Assembly (NCBI RefSeq): GCF_006345805.1
Contig: NC_043002.1
Location: 95,046,001-95,110,000, forward strand
Origin: Octopus sinensis
Lineage: Eukaryota
Direction of reading: 5' to 3'
Length of the DNA: 64,000 bases
Of this stretch, positions 24,205 through 36,147 are shown one piece after another. The position numbers and the translations under genes are program-made. Numbering within the stretch: position 1 is the first letter of the stretch; each line of letters opens with the position of its first letter. The notes beneath the pieces are model-generated. The model made no database searches and was not told the origin of the DNA. It saw nothing but the letters and a program-made list of their open reading frames with translations.

Positions 24205-24315
24205 GTCTCTCTTTCTTTCTGTCTGTCTCTCCCTCTCTCTCTTTCTGTTTGTCTCCCTCTCTCTCTCTCTCTTTCTTTCTGTCTGTCTTTCTCTCTTTCT
24301 CTCTCTCTTTCTTCA
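24205..24315. repeat. Compound (CT/CTTT/CTGT)n microsatellite
   Basis: Directly visible. It accounts for the four track ORFs at 24104-24446. Confidence 0.95.
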
Positions 24316-24690
24316 GCGGATGCCAGCTTCGATTCCATACGGTAACTTTTCCTGCTTCTTTTTCTGTCAAATGGTTTTTATATAGTATATACTATGAGCT
24401 ATTGCTTATAGCTACATTTAAGGCAACAAGTTGGCTGTATTGTTAGTTTGCAGGACAAAATGCTTAGCAGTATTTCGTCCATCTTTGCATATGAGTTCAT
24501 TTTCCACTGAGGTTGACTTTGTCTTTCATCTTATCAGGGTCGACTAAATAAGCACTAGTTGTGTAATTGACTAGCCCTCTCCTTTAATATTTCAAACCTT
24601 ATGCCTATAGCAGAGATAATTATTTAGAGCTACTTTTCCATTTGACTAACTTTGTAAGATGACTTGTTTTCAAATTTCTCAATGCTTCAG

Positions 24691-24755
24691 AAATCCAGTC
24701 TCAGACAAATATATCAGTACAAAGATTTTTGCCGAGGATGGAACCATTAGCTGCT
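24691..24755 (+). CDS. Candidate exon (IQSQTNISVQRFLPRMEPLAA or NPVSDKYISTKIFAEDGTISC)
   Basis: Acceptor ttgttttcaaatttctcaatgcttcag, donor gtaagg. Two frames are open. Confidence 0.2.
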
Positions 24756-25509
24756 GTAAGGCATTGAATCATTCGTCTCCCACAGTAAATGCTTACTCTA
24801 CAATCATTGAGTTCACCCTGTCTTTATGATAATAGTACAAAGTACAACTACTGTGTTATGCATGTGTGTGTGTGTATATATGTTTGTGCATAGCTATGTG
24901 TACATATGTACTCACATACATGCGTATATTGTTTAGCCCCATGTTTGCTTTGGTCAAGAGAACTTGTGATTGAACCTTTCCAGCCATGACCTTTCCATTT
25001 TTTGTATATCCGTCATTTAAGATAAGAATATTTGACTATTATTTGATGATGGAGTCTGATGTCATATAACAAATGAAGGGCATTCATATAATAACAAATG
25101 GAAGGGCCAGTTCTTTGATTAACTGGATAACCTGCTTATTGAATTAGTATAAATGTGGTTGAGTATTCCAAACACATTTACTCTTAACATAATTCTCAGC
25201 TAGAATCAGCATGACATATATGTTACCAGGCCGGATTTTGAATTTCAGATGCAATGCATCTAATGAGCTTCTATACAGCTTCCATGTACTCAAATTCACT
25301 AACAAAACTTATGACATAAAATTATGATAGAATTTAAATATGAGCACTACTTCAAAATGGGCAACTTTGTATCAGAGAACCAGAGATGGTTCCAGGTGGG
25401 TTGGTATCAAAATTATTAGGATAAAGCTGTCCAATTATTGTGGATGTGCAGTTATCACCTTCTGATAAATATTTACCATAACTTCTGATTTCACCCTTTG
25501 GATGGTTGG

Positions 25510-26025
25510 TGTGCATAATGCCTCATAATATGCTTCCTTGGGTGCTACATAATATGCTGCCCAAGTTGCTATATAACATGCTGTCTAGAGTGCTATTTAA
25601 CACATATAGGACGCTATATGACATGTCCAGAGTGCCATGTGACATGTTGTCCAAGGTACTACATGACATATTGTCCAAAATACTATATATGTTTTATATG
25701 GTACTATATAACATGTTTTGTAAGGTGCTATATGTCATGCTTTGTAAGGTGCTATGTGACATGTTGTTCAAGTTGCTATATAACATGTCTTAGGTGCTAT
25801 ATGACATGTCTTAGGTGCTATATGACATGTCCTAGGTGCTATATGACATGTCCTAGATGCTATATGACATGTCCTAGGTGCTATTTGACATGTCCAAGGT
25901 GCTGTATGACATGTTGTCCTAGGTGCTACATGATATATCCAAGGTGCTATATAATATTTGATTCGGGCGGCGGGGATGCTATATAATGTGTGATCTAAGG
26001 TACTATACATCACTATATAACATGA
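25510..26025. repeat. 21/24-bp minisatellite (GGTGCTATATGACATGTCCTA), about 20 units
   Basis: Homogeneous 21-bp core units at 25780-25900 with degenerate 24-bp units on the flanks. Confidence 0.95.
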
Positions 26026-26644
26026 AACACTGTTTATGTAGATGTAATGCCAATTCTTATTTTGTTTCCATTGAATATAGAATTGATTTGTATCTGATTT
26101 TTTTTTTCAATGTTCTCTTTGGCTGTTAGTTATTTCTAAGTTTCATAATCTCAAGTACAGTTCCCATCTGGCATCAAATAATCTCAAATATTGGTATTAA
26201 CACTGTTAGCACAACACCATATTATGGACAATTGATTTATTGTATGCTGAGCGCTCTGATTGCCTTAGTGTTTGTCTTTTTTTTTTATGTTTTAATATCT
26301 TATTCATTGTTTATAATTTTTTATGCTAAAAAACAAAAAAAAAAAATCTTCATTGTAGGTAATGTTTCCGTTACTTGTAAATTGAGATTGATAGACAGGT
26401 TATAAATATTCATGCTGTTTTTAGTTAATTCTTTATTTTTCTCCTGTTTTGTTATCAGATAAAGATACTTATTTTGACCTTACTCTATAACTTGTGAGGT
26501 TGGTCTGACAAGGATAAGGTGTCTTTTTTTATCTTTTGTTATTCCATATCATTGATATTGTGAACGCACAGGTTGAAATCATCACAAAAATAAATTTAAA
26601 AAATATAGCGTCATATACCATTCCTTTTTTTTTTGTGTATGTTA

Positions 26645-26864
26645 ACTTGTTTACTCTTTTATTGGTTTCTGTTATTTGACTGTGGTCATGCTGGAGCACC
26701 GCCTCTAGTCGAGGAAATCGACCCCGGGACTTATTCTCTGTAAGCCTAGTACTTATTCTATCAGACTCTTTTACCGAACTGCTAAGTTACGGGTACGTAA
26801 ACACACCAGCATCGGTTGTCAAGTGATGTTGGGAGGACAGACACACACACACACACACACACAT

Positions 26865-26934
<70 letters not shown>

Positions 26935-27100
26935 TATGGGCTTCCTTCAGTTTCCGTCTACCAAATCCACTCACAAGGCTTTGGTTGGCCTGAGGCTATA
27001 GTAGAAGATACTTGCCCAAGGTGCCATGCAGTAGGACTGAACCCGGAAGCTTGTAGTTGGTAAGCAAGCTACTTACCACACAGCCACTCCTACACCTATA
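26645..27100 (-). mobile_element. SINE family B (full length)
   Basis: Co-linear homology to family B, with a long internal (TA)n. Confidence 0.9.
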
Positions 27101-27504
27101 AGATTCTATACTCCTACTGTATAAGGTTCTATACTCATATGCCGTTAATATGAACAGAAACATGCTCTCATTGAAACATATCTTGACAGTCTTTTACTCT
27201 ATCTACCGTTTCAGTAATAAAACTAAACTAAACTTCCTTATTGTTTTTTCCTGGTATTGTAGAGAAACTTCATTGCCTTAAGCATGCATAATTGAGAAAC
27301 ATTTGTTTAGTAATCCAGTTAAATATTCACAAATATACATTTTTTGTGTTTAGTCAAAGGTTATTTATTCTCTCCACTGTCACTACCACCCTACTTGGAT
27401 TTTTCTCTGATACTGGCTTTGTTTCTACCAGTTCCCATGTACTTGTTGCAACATAAGCTCTATATGTGTATGTAATATATTTGCCTGAGCTATATGTTAT
27501 ATAT

Positions 27505-27590
27505 CTGTACATATGAATATGATATATGTGTATTCTATGAATATGATATATGTGTATTCTATGAATATGATATATGTGTATTATATCTGT
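27505..27590. repeat. 24-bp tandem repeat, three copies (ATATGATATATGTGTATTCTATGA)
   Basis: Two exact copies and one partial copy. Confidence 0.85.
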
Positions 27591-27704
27591 GGATGTGAAA
27601 TATGTAATATATCTGTGTGAATGTGGCATATGTAATGTATGTGGGTGAGAGAGAGAGAAAGTGATATATCATATAACTGTGTGAGGATGTGAAATATCTG
27701 ATAT

Positions 27705-27752
<48 letters not shown>

Positions 27753-28254
27753 ATGAGATAATATATTAGTGTGTATGAGACATGTTGTGTATTGGTGTGT
27801 CAGTGTGATACATAACATTTCAGAATGTGATTATGTGATATTTAATGTGCCAGTATGTTTGATATCTAATGTTGTGTGAAATATGTAGTGGGTGTATGGT
27901 GCAGGTGAAATATGTAGTGTGTGTGTGTGTGTGTGAGAATACCGCTGTCTTTTTGTTGTTATTCTTCATGTTTTATTATCTAAAGTTTTAGCTGTAACAT
28001 AAATTTGCTATAAAAATGTCTAAAATTAAACCATTCAGTTAATTGCTGACAGGTATACTTGATTGAATAATCAGCAATTAAATGTATAACAAATTAATTG
28101 TTACACATAATAGGTGATTGCTCACATTTTCTTATAAACAAACTATTTGCTGCTCCACTGCACCACTCAGAGTAATTCAAAATAAGACTAGACTCCTTAG
28201 TTTGCAGATGCAAATCAAAATCTAAGAATTTTTCCTCTCCATTCAAAACAACAA

Positions 28255-28474
28255 CAATAATGGTTTCAAATTTTGACTCAAGGCCAGCAATTTCAGGGGA
28301 AGGGGTAAGTCAATTACATTGACCTTAGACCTCAACTGGTACCGATATTGTTGACCATGAAAAGCTGAAAGGCAAAGTCAACCTCAGCAGAATTTGAACT
28401 CAGAATGTAAAGATGGACGAAATGCTGCAAAGTGTTTTGCCCAGCATGCTAATGATTCTGCCAGCTTACTGCCT

Positions 28475-28509
<35 letters not shown>

Positions 28510-30410
28510 TTCTACTATAGGCACAAGGCCTGAAATCTTGGGGGAGGAGAGCAGCTGATTACATCAACCCCAGTGTTTCGCTGGTACTTGATTTAATGAC
28601 ACCGAAAGGATGAAAGGCAAAGTTGACCACAGCAGCATTTGAACTCAGAACATAGAGAGAAGTGAAATATCATGAAGCATTTTGCCCAGCATGCTAACAA
28701 TTCTGCCAGTTCGCCATTTTAAATAATAATAATAAGCCTTTCTACTACAGGTACAAGGCCTGAAATTATGTGGTGGAGAGAGGGCTAGTCAATTACATCA
28801 ACCCCCAGTGTGTAACTGGTACTCATTTCATTGACCCTGAAAAGATGAAAGACAACATCAACTTCAGCAGAATTTGAACTCAGAACATAATAACAGACGA
28901 AATGCTGCAAAGTGTTTTCTCTGGTGTGCTAACGATTCTCCCAGCTCGCCACCTTAATAATAACAGTAATAATAATGAGCCTTTCTACTATAGGCATTTG
29001 GCAGGAGGGGATTTGTTGATTACATCAAACCCAATGTTCAACTGGTACTAATTTCATTGACCCTGAAAGTATGAAAGGCAAAGTTGACCTTAGTAGAATT
29101 TGACCTCAGAACATAAATATGAATGAAATACTGCTAAGCATTTGTCTGTTATGTTAATGATTCTGCCAGCTCACCACCTGAAAGTTTCTAATAATAGGAC
29201 CTGAACAATGGGGGAGGGGGTTTAGTCAATTGTATTGACCCCAGCACTTGACTGGTTCTTTTTTATTGACCCTGAAAGGAGAAAAGGCAAAGTTGACCTT
29301 TGTAAATTTGAACCCTGAGATAAAGAAGGAAGAAATGCTGCTAAGTGTATTTTCCACAGTGCTAACAATACCACCAGCTGGACATCTTAAATAATAATAA
29401 TAAGAAGAAGAAGAATTAAGATTGCTAATATGTGGCAGCTACCAGAGTCAAATGTAAAAGTTATCTATATTGTCATCGGAGCATTGGGTTCAATACCACC
29501 CAATCTGAAAAAAAAAAAAAACATCTGAAGACCTTAGAAATACTCTACAATCTAGATGCATTGCAAAAGTCAGTATTACTTGGTACTGTCTGTCTGAGGT
29601 CCTTGTTGTGACTTGACAAACTGTACAAACCCCTGGTAGATGCTATATCTTCAATCAATAGCCTCGCAATATTGTATACTGTGTGACATTTATTATTATT
29701 ATAATAATAATAATAATAATGATAATAATAATTTGTTCTACTATAGGCACAAGGCCTGGAATTTTGGGAGAAGGGGCTTGTTGATTACATCATCTCCAGT
29801 AATTGACTGGTACTTATTTTATTGACTCCAAAGGGATGAAACACAAAGTCAACTTCCCCAGAATAAGAACTCAGAACATAAATCCAAACAAAATGCTGCT
29901 AAGGATTATTTTCTTCCAGTGTGCTGATGAATCTGCTAGCTCACAGCTTTAATAATAGTAATAATAATAGCAATTCTTTCTACTAAAGGCACAAGGCCTG
30001 AAATTTTGAGGGAGCGCACTAGTCAATTACATCAACCCCAGTGTTTCAAAAAAGGATGAAAGGCAAAGTCAACCTTGGTGAAATTTGAGCTCAGATTGTA
30101 AAGGCAGATGAAATGTCACTAAGCATTTTACCCGGTGTGCCAATGATTCTGCCAGCTCGCCACCCTAATAATGATAATAATAATAATAATAATAATAACA
30201 GCAACAATAATAGTTTTTTCTACTGGAAGCACAAGGCCTCAAATTTGGGGAAGGGATTAAGTCAATTACATCGACCCCCAGTGTGTAACTGGTACTTATT
30301 TAATCGACCCCGAAAGGATGACAGGTCGACCTTGGTGGAATTTGAACTCATATCATGAAGGCAGATGAAATGCCACTAAGCATGCCAACAATTGTACCAG
30401 CTCACCGCCC
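28255..30410 (-). mobile_element. Head-to-tail chain of eight older family-A SINEs separated by (AAT)n tracts
   Basis: Units at about 28255, 28490, 28735, 28975, 29185, 29735, 29965 and 30205, each with TTCTACTATAGGCACAAGGCC..GAAAGGCAAAGTCAACC..TTTGAACTCAG..GCCAGCT. All are in the same orientation. Confidence 0.92.
29416..29700 (+). pseudogene. 3' end of an R4/Dong-clade (restriction-like endonuclease) non-LTR retrotransposon
   Basis: Translates to KIANMWQLPESNVKVIYIVIGALGSIPPNLK, then after an A-run slip HLKTLEILYNLDALQKSVLLGT. This matches the R4/Dong C-terminal V.VVIGALG...LQK..LLGT signature. It ends in a (TTA)n tail and sits in an AAT tract. Confidence 0.75.
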
Positions 30411-30994
30411 TAATGATAATAATAATAATAATAATAATAATGATAATAATAATAATAGTAATAATTATAATAATAATAATTATAATAATGATAATAGTAA
30501 CCACCATGCAGTAAATGTTTTCTGTTTTCCTGTCTCACTGTTCATGCAAATTTGTAAAAAACACTATTTTTTCATTAAGCATCATGTGATGTCTATAATA
30601 TTCAACTGAGTATCAAATTTCTAGGATTGGAGCTCTAATCACACCAAAGGAGTTCTCTCGATATGTTAGTGATTCTGCAGAAATGCTAATTCTAAAAACT
30701 AAAACTAATCATTCAAGAGGTTTTTCAACAAATCAATTATATCCTTCTTTCATCCTCTCTCTTTCTCTCTCTCACTCTTTCTCTCTCTTATTATTGGCTC
30801 CATTGAACATGGCTGCAGTTATTGGCTTGTAATATTGAGAAATTTCCTGTTCTGAATTCACTTATTTAAAAAAAAAAAAATCTGCAAAATATCATTTCTA
30901 TTATTGATACACAATGGGTTAGACTCATTGTTAAAGATAAATTGTGTTTAGCTTTGTTGTTATTATTATTATTATTATTACTATTATTATTACC

Positions 30995-31026
<32 letters not shown>

Positions 31027-31639
31027 TATTATTATTATTATTTCTCAGTTTGATGTTCTTTTAGTTGATCATTCACAGCAGACAAAACAGAATCAGAAAG
31101 TTTCTGGTGCATAGCAATTGTGATTGGAAAAAAAAATGTTTTCCCCACTGAAATATGTAATTAAGAACATTGAGAGTTAGATGAGATATATTAGAAAACT
31201 AATATACTGAACTGTTATTGCTGTTTTAGTTAGTACTGGTGCTAATGCAGTTCTGCTTTATGTGTGCATATACATACACACACACATGTGCACACATATA
31301 TATATGTATGGCCATACACATATATGGACATATACACATGCACGTATAAGTTCACACACACACACACACATACAGACACCCCTTTAGTGCAACTTTTTTA
31401 AGTCACCTGCAATCTTAAGTTTCATTTCCATAACAATGACTGATTATTCATAATTATCAATAACTGTCTGCAGGAGCATATGCATATATTGTACATGTGC
31501 ATATGCATGTGTGTGTGTAAGTATATGAGTTTGTGTGTGTGTATACAGAAATGCTAATTTTAAATCCAACCACAAAGAAGATTTTATCCCCTCACACACA
31601 CAAACACACACACACATGTGTATATACATATATCATCAT

Positions 31640-32580
31640 TATCATCTTTATCATCATCATTTAACGTTCATTGTCCATGCTGGCATAGGTTGAACGGTTG
31701 AGGGGCTGCACCAGACTCCAGACTGATTTGGCATGGTTTCTATGATTTGATGCCCTTTTAATGCCAACCACTCTGAGAGTATAATGGGTGCTTTTACATG
31801 CCACCAATGCTTGAAAGGTGCTTTTTATGTGCCACCAGCCATGACTATGATTTCACTTGGCTTGACCTATCTTCTCAAGTACAGCATATTGCCAAAGATC
31901 TGAGTCACAAGTCATTGCCTCCATGAGACCCAATGTTCAAAGATCATACTTCATCACCTTGTCCCATGTCTTCTGGATCTGCCTCTTCCACAGGTTCACT
32001 CCACAGTTAGAGATCAGTACTTCGTTACACAACTGTCCTCATCCATACGCATCACATGAATATACCAGCATGGTCGTCTCTTTTGCACACCACATCTGAT
32101 GCCTCTTATGCCCAACTTTTCTTTCAAGACACTCGCATACTGTCATACATGCACACTGACATTGCACATTTCTTTTCCAGCTTCATTTCTTTCAAGCCTA
32201 CACATGTCCTCAGTGGTCACAGCCCATGTTTCACTGCCATGTAGCATGGCTGTTCACACACAGGCATCACACAGTCTGCCTTTCACTCTGAGGGAGAGGA
32301 CCTTTGTTGCCAATAGAGATAGGAGCTCTCTGAACTTTGTCCAGCTTATTTTTATCCTCACAGCTATGCTCTTGTAGCATTCCCCTCCACTTCTGACTTG
32401 GTCACTTAGATAACAGAAGCTATCAACTACCTCTGGTATTTGATGAAGTCTATTTTCTGTACATTTATAATGTTTACTGTACCTGTGCACCTTCCGCACA
32501 CAAAAACTATTTTCCCAGTCAACCCAACTCTGATATTGCTGCACCTTTTATGTGTCCATACCTTCCACTAGGTACATCTT
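31640..32580 (-). pseudogene. 5'-truncated RTE-type LINE (C-terminal coding region plus 3' tail and (ATG)n)
   Basis: The track ORF 32254-32544 (EVVDSFCYLSDQVRSGG..RIKISWTKFRELLSLLATKVLSLRVKGRLCDACV) is RTE C-terminal sequence and runs into the shared 3' tail. Confidence 0.88.
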
Positions 32581-32865
32581 ATAGAATTTCTACCTAGAAA
32601 TCAAGCAGGGCCATCTACCTGAAAGCATTTGTGATTTGTCTACTTTCCTACTTACTAAGACTTTGGTTTTTTTTCTAAGTTAACTTTAAGTCCCCTCAAT
32701 TCTAGACCTTGCTTCTACACCTAAAATTTTTTCTCTAGTTCTGATAATGATTCAGTTATAAGGAAAAGGTCATCAGCTTAGAGGAGCTTCTAGAGGCAAG
32801 CCGTCTTACATTTCTCTTTAGTCACTTGAGTGGTCTTTTTTATTTACCAAATAGACACATGCACT

Positions 32866-33030
32866 ATAGTGCAGGTGTAGTTGTGTGGTAAGAAGCTTGC
32901 TTCCCAACCGCATAGTTCCAGGTTCAGTCCCATTGCATGGCACTTTGGGTATGTCTTCTACTATACCCTCATGCTGACCAAAGCCTTGTGAGTGGATTTG
33001 GTAAACAGAAACTGAAAGAAGCCTGTCATA
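32866..33030 (+). mobile_element. SINE family B, 5' half
   Basis: Head through GAAACTGAAAGAAGCC, then (TA)n. It is truncated by the fold-back element. Confidence 0.8.
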
Positions 33031-33046
33031 CATATATATATATATA

Positions 33047-33235
33047 CTTTATTTAAAGCAGCAGAAAATTCAACAAAACCTGTTACTCTGAGTTTCCCGT
33101 TGCCGTTCAACGGGAAACTCAGAGTAACAGGTTTTGTTGAATTTTCTGCTGCTTTAAATAAAGCATATTACTCTACCACTGGTATTTGAGTACTTTTTTT
33201 TCCACCTTGTTTCACATTTATGTGTTTACTCCGGT
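33047..33235. mobile_element. Fold-back element: perfect 56-bp inverted repeat with a 5-nt loop plus a one-sided extension (Penelope-like pseudo-LTR relic)
   Basis: 33047-33102 is the exact reverse complement of 33108-33163, with loop CCGTT. It is flanked by (TA)n. The Penelope assignment is inference. Confidence 0.85.
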
Positions 33236-33651
33236 ATATATATATATATATATATCATCATCATCATCATTATCATTTAGCGTCCGTTCTCCATGCTAGC
33301 ATGGGTTGGACGGTTCAACTGGGGTCTGTGAAGCTGGAAGGCTTCATCAGGCCCAGTCAGATCTGGCAGTGTTTCTACGGCTGGATGCCCTTTATATATA
33401 TATAAAATGTGTGTATCTAAATACATTCATTGGTGTGTAGTTATATATGTGTTGGTTGTATATGCTTTCTATATCTTTTTTTCCATGTTTTTATTCATTG
33501 GCCTGCAGATATATTGGTGCACTTCTGAAAGACGCAAACCTGCATAAATGAATATGTCTGTATAAATACAAAGCTAGTGTGCATATACAAACACACACAC
33601 ACACACATATATACATGTATATGTGTGTGCGTGTGTGTGTGGTTGTAATTC

Positions 33652-33699
<48 letters not shown>

Positions 33700-33919
33700 G
33701 TATATCCAATATAGTACTTTATTGCCATTAATGTTTACTCCAGTGTCCTAATTAACTATAAGTTGTCTCAGTTTTATAGTCTCTAGAATTTTAATAATAT
33801 AATATTTGATTTCACATACTACATTAAATTTAATTCATAGTTTGAAATATATACTTTACGTCATCTTCAGTCACTCCACGTTGTCGATAAAATGGCTGTG
33901 GTTAAAAAAAAAATATATA

Positions 33920-34079
33920 TAGGCACAGGAGTGGTTGTGTGGTAAGTAGCTTGCGTACCAACCGCATGGTTCTGGGTTCAGTCCCACCGTGTGTCACCTT
34001 GGGCAAGTGTCTTCTATAGCCTCAGGCCGACCAAAGCCTTGTGAGTGGATTTGGTAGGCTGAAACTGGAAGAAGCCCGT

Positions 34080-34110
<31 letters not shown>

Positions 34111-34233
34111 CTACACATATATATTTACTTATTTATATATATATATACATACATATATTTATTTATATATATATATATATATATCTACACATATATATTT
34201 ACTTATTTATATATATATATATATACATACATA

Positions 34234-34276
<43 letters not shown>

Positions 34277-34277
34277 G

Positions 34278-34332
<55 letters not shown>

Positions 34333-34565
34333 GTATGTATATATGTATATGTTTGTGTGTCTGTGTTTGTCCCCCCAACATCACTTGACAACCGATGCTA
34401 ATGTGTTTACGTCCCTGTCACTTAGCAGTTCGGCAAGAGACACCGATAAAATAAGTACTCGGCTTACAAAGAATAAGCCCTGGAGTGGATTTGCTCGACT
34501 AAAGGCAGTGCTCCAGCATGGCCACAGTCAAATGACTGAAACAAGTAAAAAAAATATAAAAAGAA
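33920..34565 (+). mobile_element. SINE family B with a ~270-bp expanded internal AT-rich compound repeat
   Basis: The 5' and 3' halves of family B flank the higher-order (TA)n/CTACAC/TTTACTTATTT repeat at 34080-34350. Confidence 0.9.
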
Positions 34566-34659
34566 AAGGCTAATAGAATATCATCTTTGAATATCATAGC
34601 AATGGTAGAGGGTGAAGACTTGCTATACATCAACCTTCCAGTGTGTTGATTAATAATCC

Positions 34660-34880
34660 TTTCTACCATAGACAGAAAGCCTAGAATTTCTGGCTGAAGG
34701 AGGACTAGTTGATTACATTGACCCTAGTGCTCAACTGGTCCTTTTTTTTATAACCCCCCCCCCCCTCAAAAAAAAAAAGAATGAAAGGCAAAGTAGACCA
34801 TGGCAGAATTTGAACTTGGAATGTAGAGTTGAAAGAAATACTGCCAAGCATTTTGCCCAGCACGCTAACATTTCTGCCAG
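34660..34880 (-). mobile_element. SINE family A, older subfamily
   Basis: Homologous to the array units. Confidence 0.85.
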
Positions 34881-35914
34881 CTTACTACTGTAATTGTGTT
34901 AATTTATAATGAACACTGTTTAGATTCGATTCTATGGTTCGTTTTGAATTATTTTTGTCGTCTTGGGCATTGAATAATCCTCTGTTTTTTGTCTGTCAAT
35001 AATATGTTGACTGTGATATATAAATATGTATATTTTCCAACCATAGATCAATATGGTTGGAAGGAGGATCTGTGGAGTGTGATTATGCTCTTAACATTCT
35101 TCAATGTTTGTTGTAACTGTTGAAACCACTGTTGTTTTTATTCATTCAGTGCCCTGACTAACCAAGGATGTTGGTCCCAATAAGTACCCTTATTTGGTTT
35201 AGTTCACTTGTTAAATAGTTTGCTGAGATGTGGTTGTTATACATATTACAACTTCTTGAAGCCACAGATATGAGTTACTACTAATGATTAATGGTAGACA
35301 GAAAAGAAATTCTCCTGAGACTTGGCCTTACTACAGATTTTTTAGTAGACCCAGTAGATTGATTAATTTTTTATAATTGATGTTCAGATTCTATTTTTTT
35401 AGGTTGATACCCATTTTTAACCATAGGAGAGAATGGATTTTTGAAGGGCTGCAAGTCTGTGAATGAAAAACAGCAGAACAAGAAAGAAAAAAAAAAACAA
35501 TCTGAGGAGATTTATTGGGACATGTGGGAAAGAGTGTTATGTAGTTAGTGAGTTCAGTAGAGCAGAATCCATTTTAGTAGCAATGTGAGGGAGAGAGAAC
35601 AAAGAGTGTCTGTGGTTTTGTAGTTGAAGTACTTGGATGAATGAATAGACATAATGCTGGATGTTGTATGAATAACAGTAGTACTAACTCAGATGTATGA
35701 ACACTAATATGATCAGAATTAGGTTTTGTAGATAATTCTCTGTACTTAGCCATGACCTTTCCATATGCCTTGCTACTCCAGAAGAGTGGTAGGTAGTAGA
35801 CACATACTGACATCTACAGTTTTAAGTTGGAGTTGTCAATCAGAGAGCTTTAACAATAGTGCTCAACCTGGTAAAAATAGAAGCAAAATATCTTTCAAAT
35901 CCCATTTTAATATC

Positions 35915-36147
35915 TTAACTCTTTAGCATTTAAACTGCTCGTAGCTGACCTGAATTTTCTACCTGTTTTATGTTCAAACTGACCAGATCCAGTCTCTCCC
36001 ACCTATCCTACAATGTCATTCTAAAAATAAACAACCACATCATCGAAATCTTGAAGCTATGAGATAATGCGTGATTAATTTAAAACAATGTAAATAAATA
36101 AGCATTACTTACATTTGAATGTTGTAATCTGAATGTTGAAGGGTTAA
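35915..36147 (-). mobile_element. TTAA-flanked MITE, family 1
   Basis: TTAA at both ends, terminal inverted repeats CTCTTTAGCATT / AATGTTGAAGGG, internal homology to family 1. Confidence 0.88.

Noticed and set aside
25510-26025. CRISPR-like array
   Set aside because: Units are contiguous 21/24-bp tandem repeats with no unique spacers and no cas genes, so this is a minisatellite.
28255-30410. CRISPR-like or tRNA gene array
   Set aside because: The repeats are ~220-bp SINEs and the spacers are AAT microsatellites. The heads do not form complete cloverleaves.
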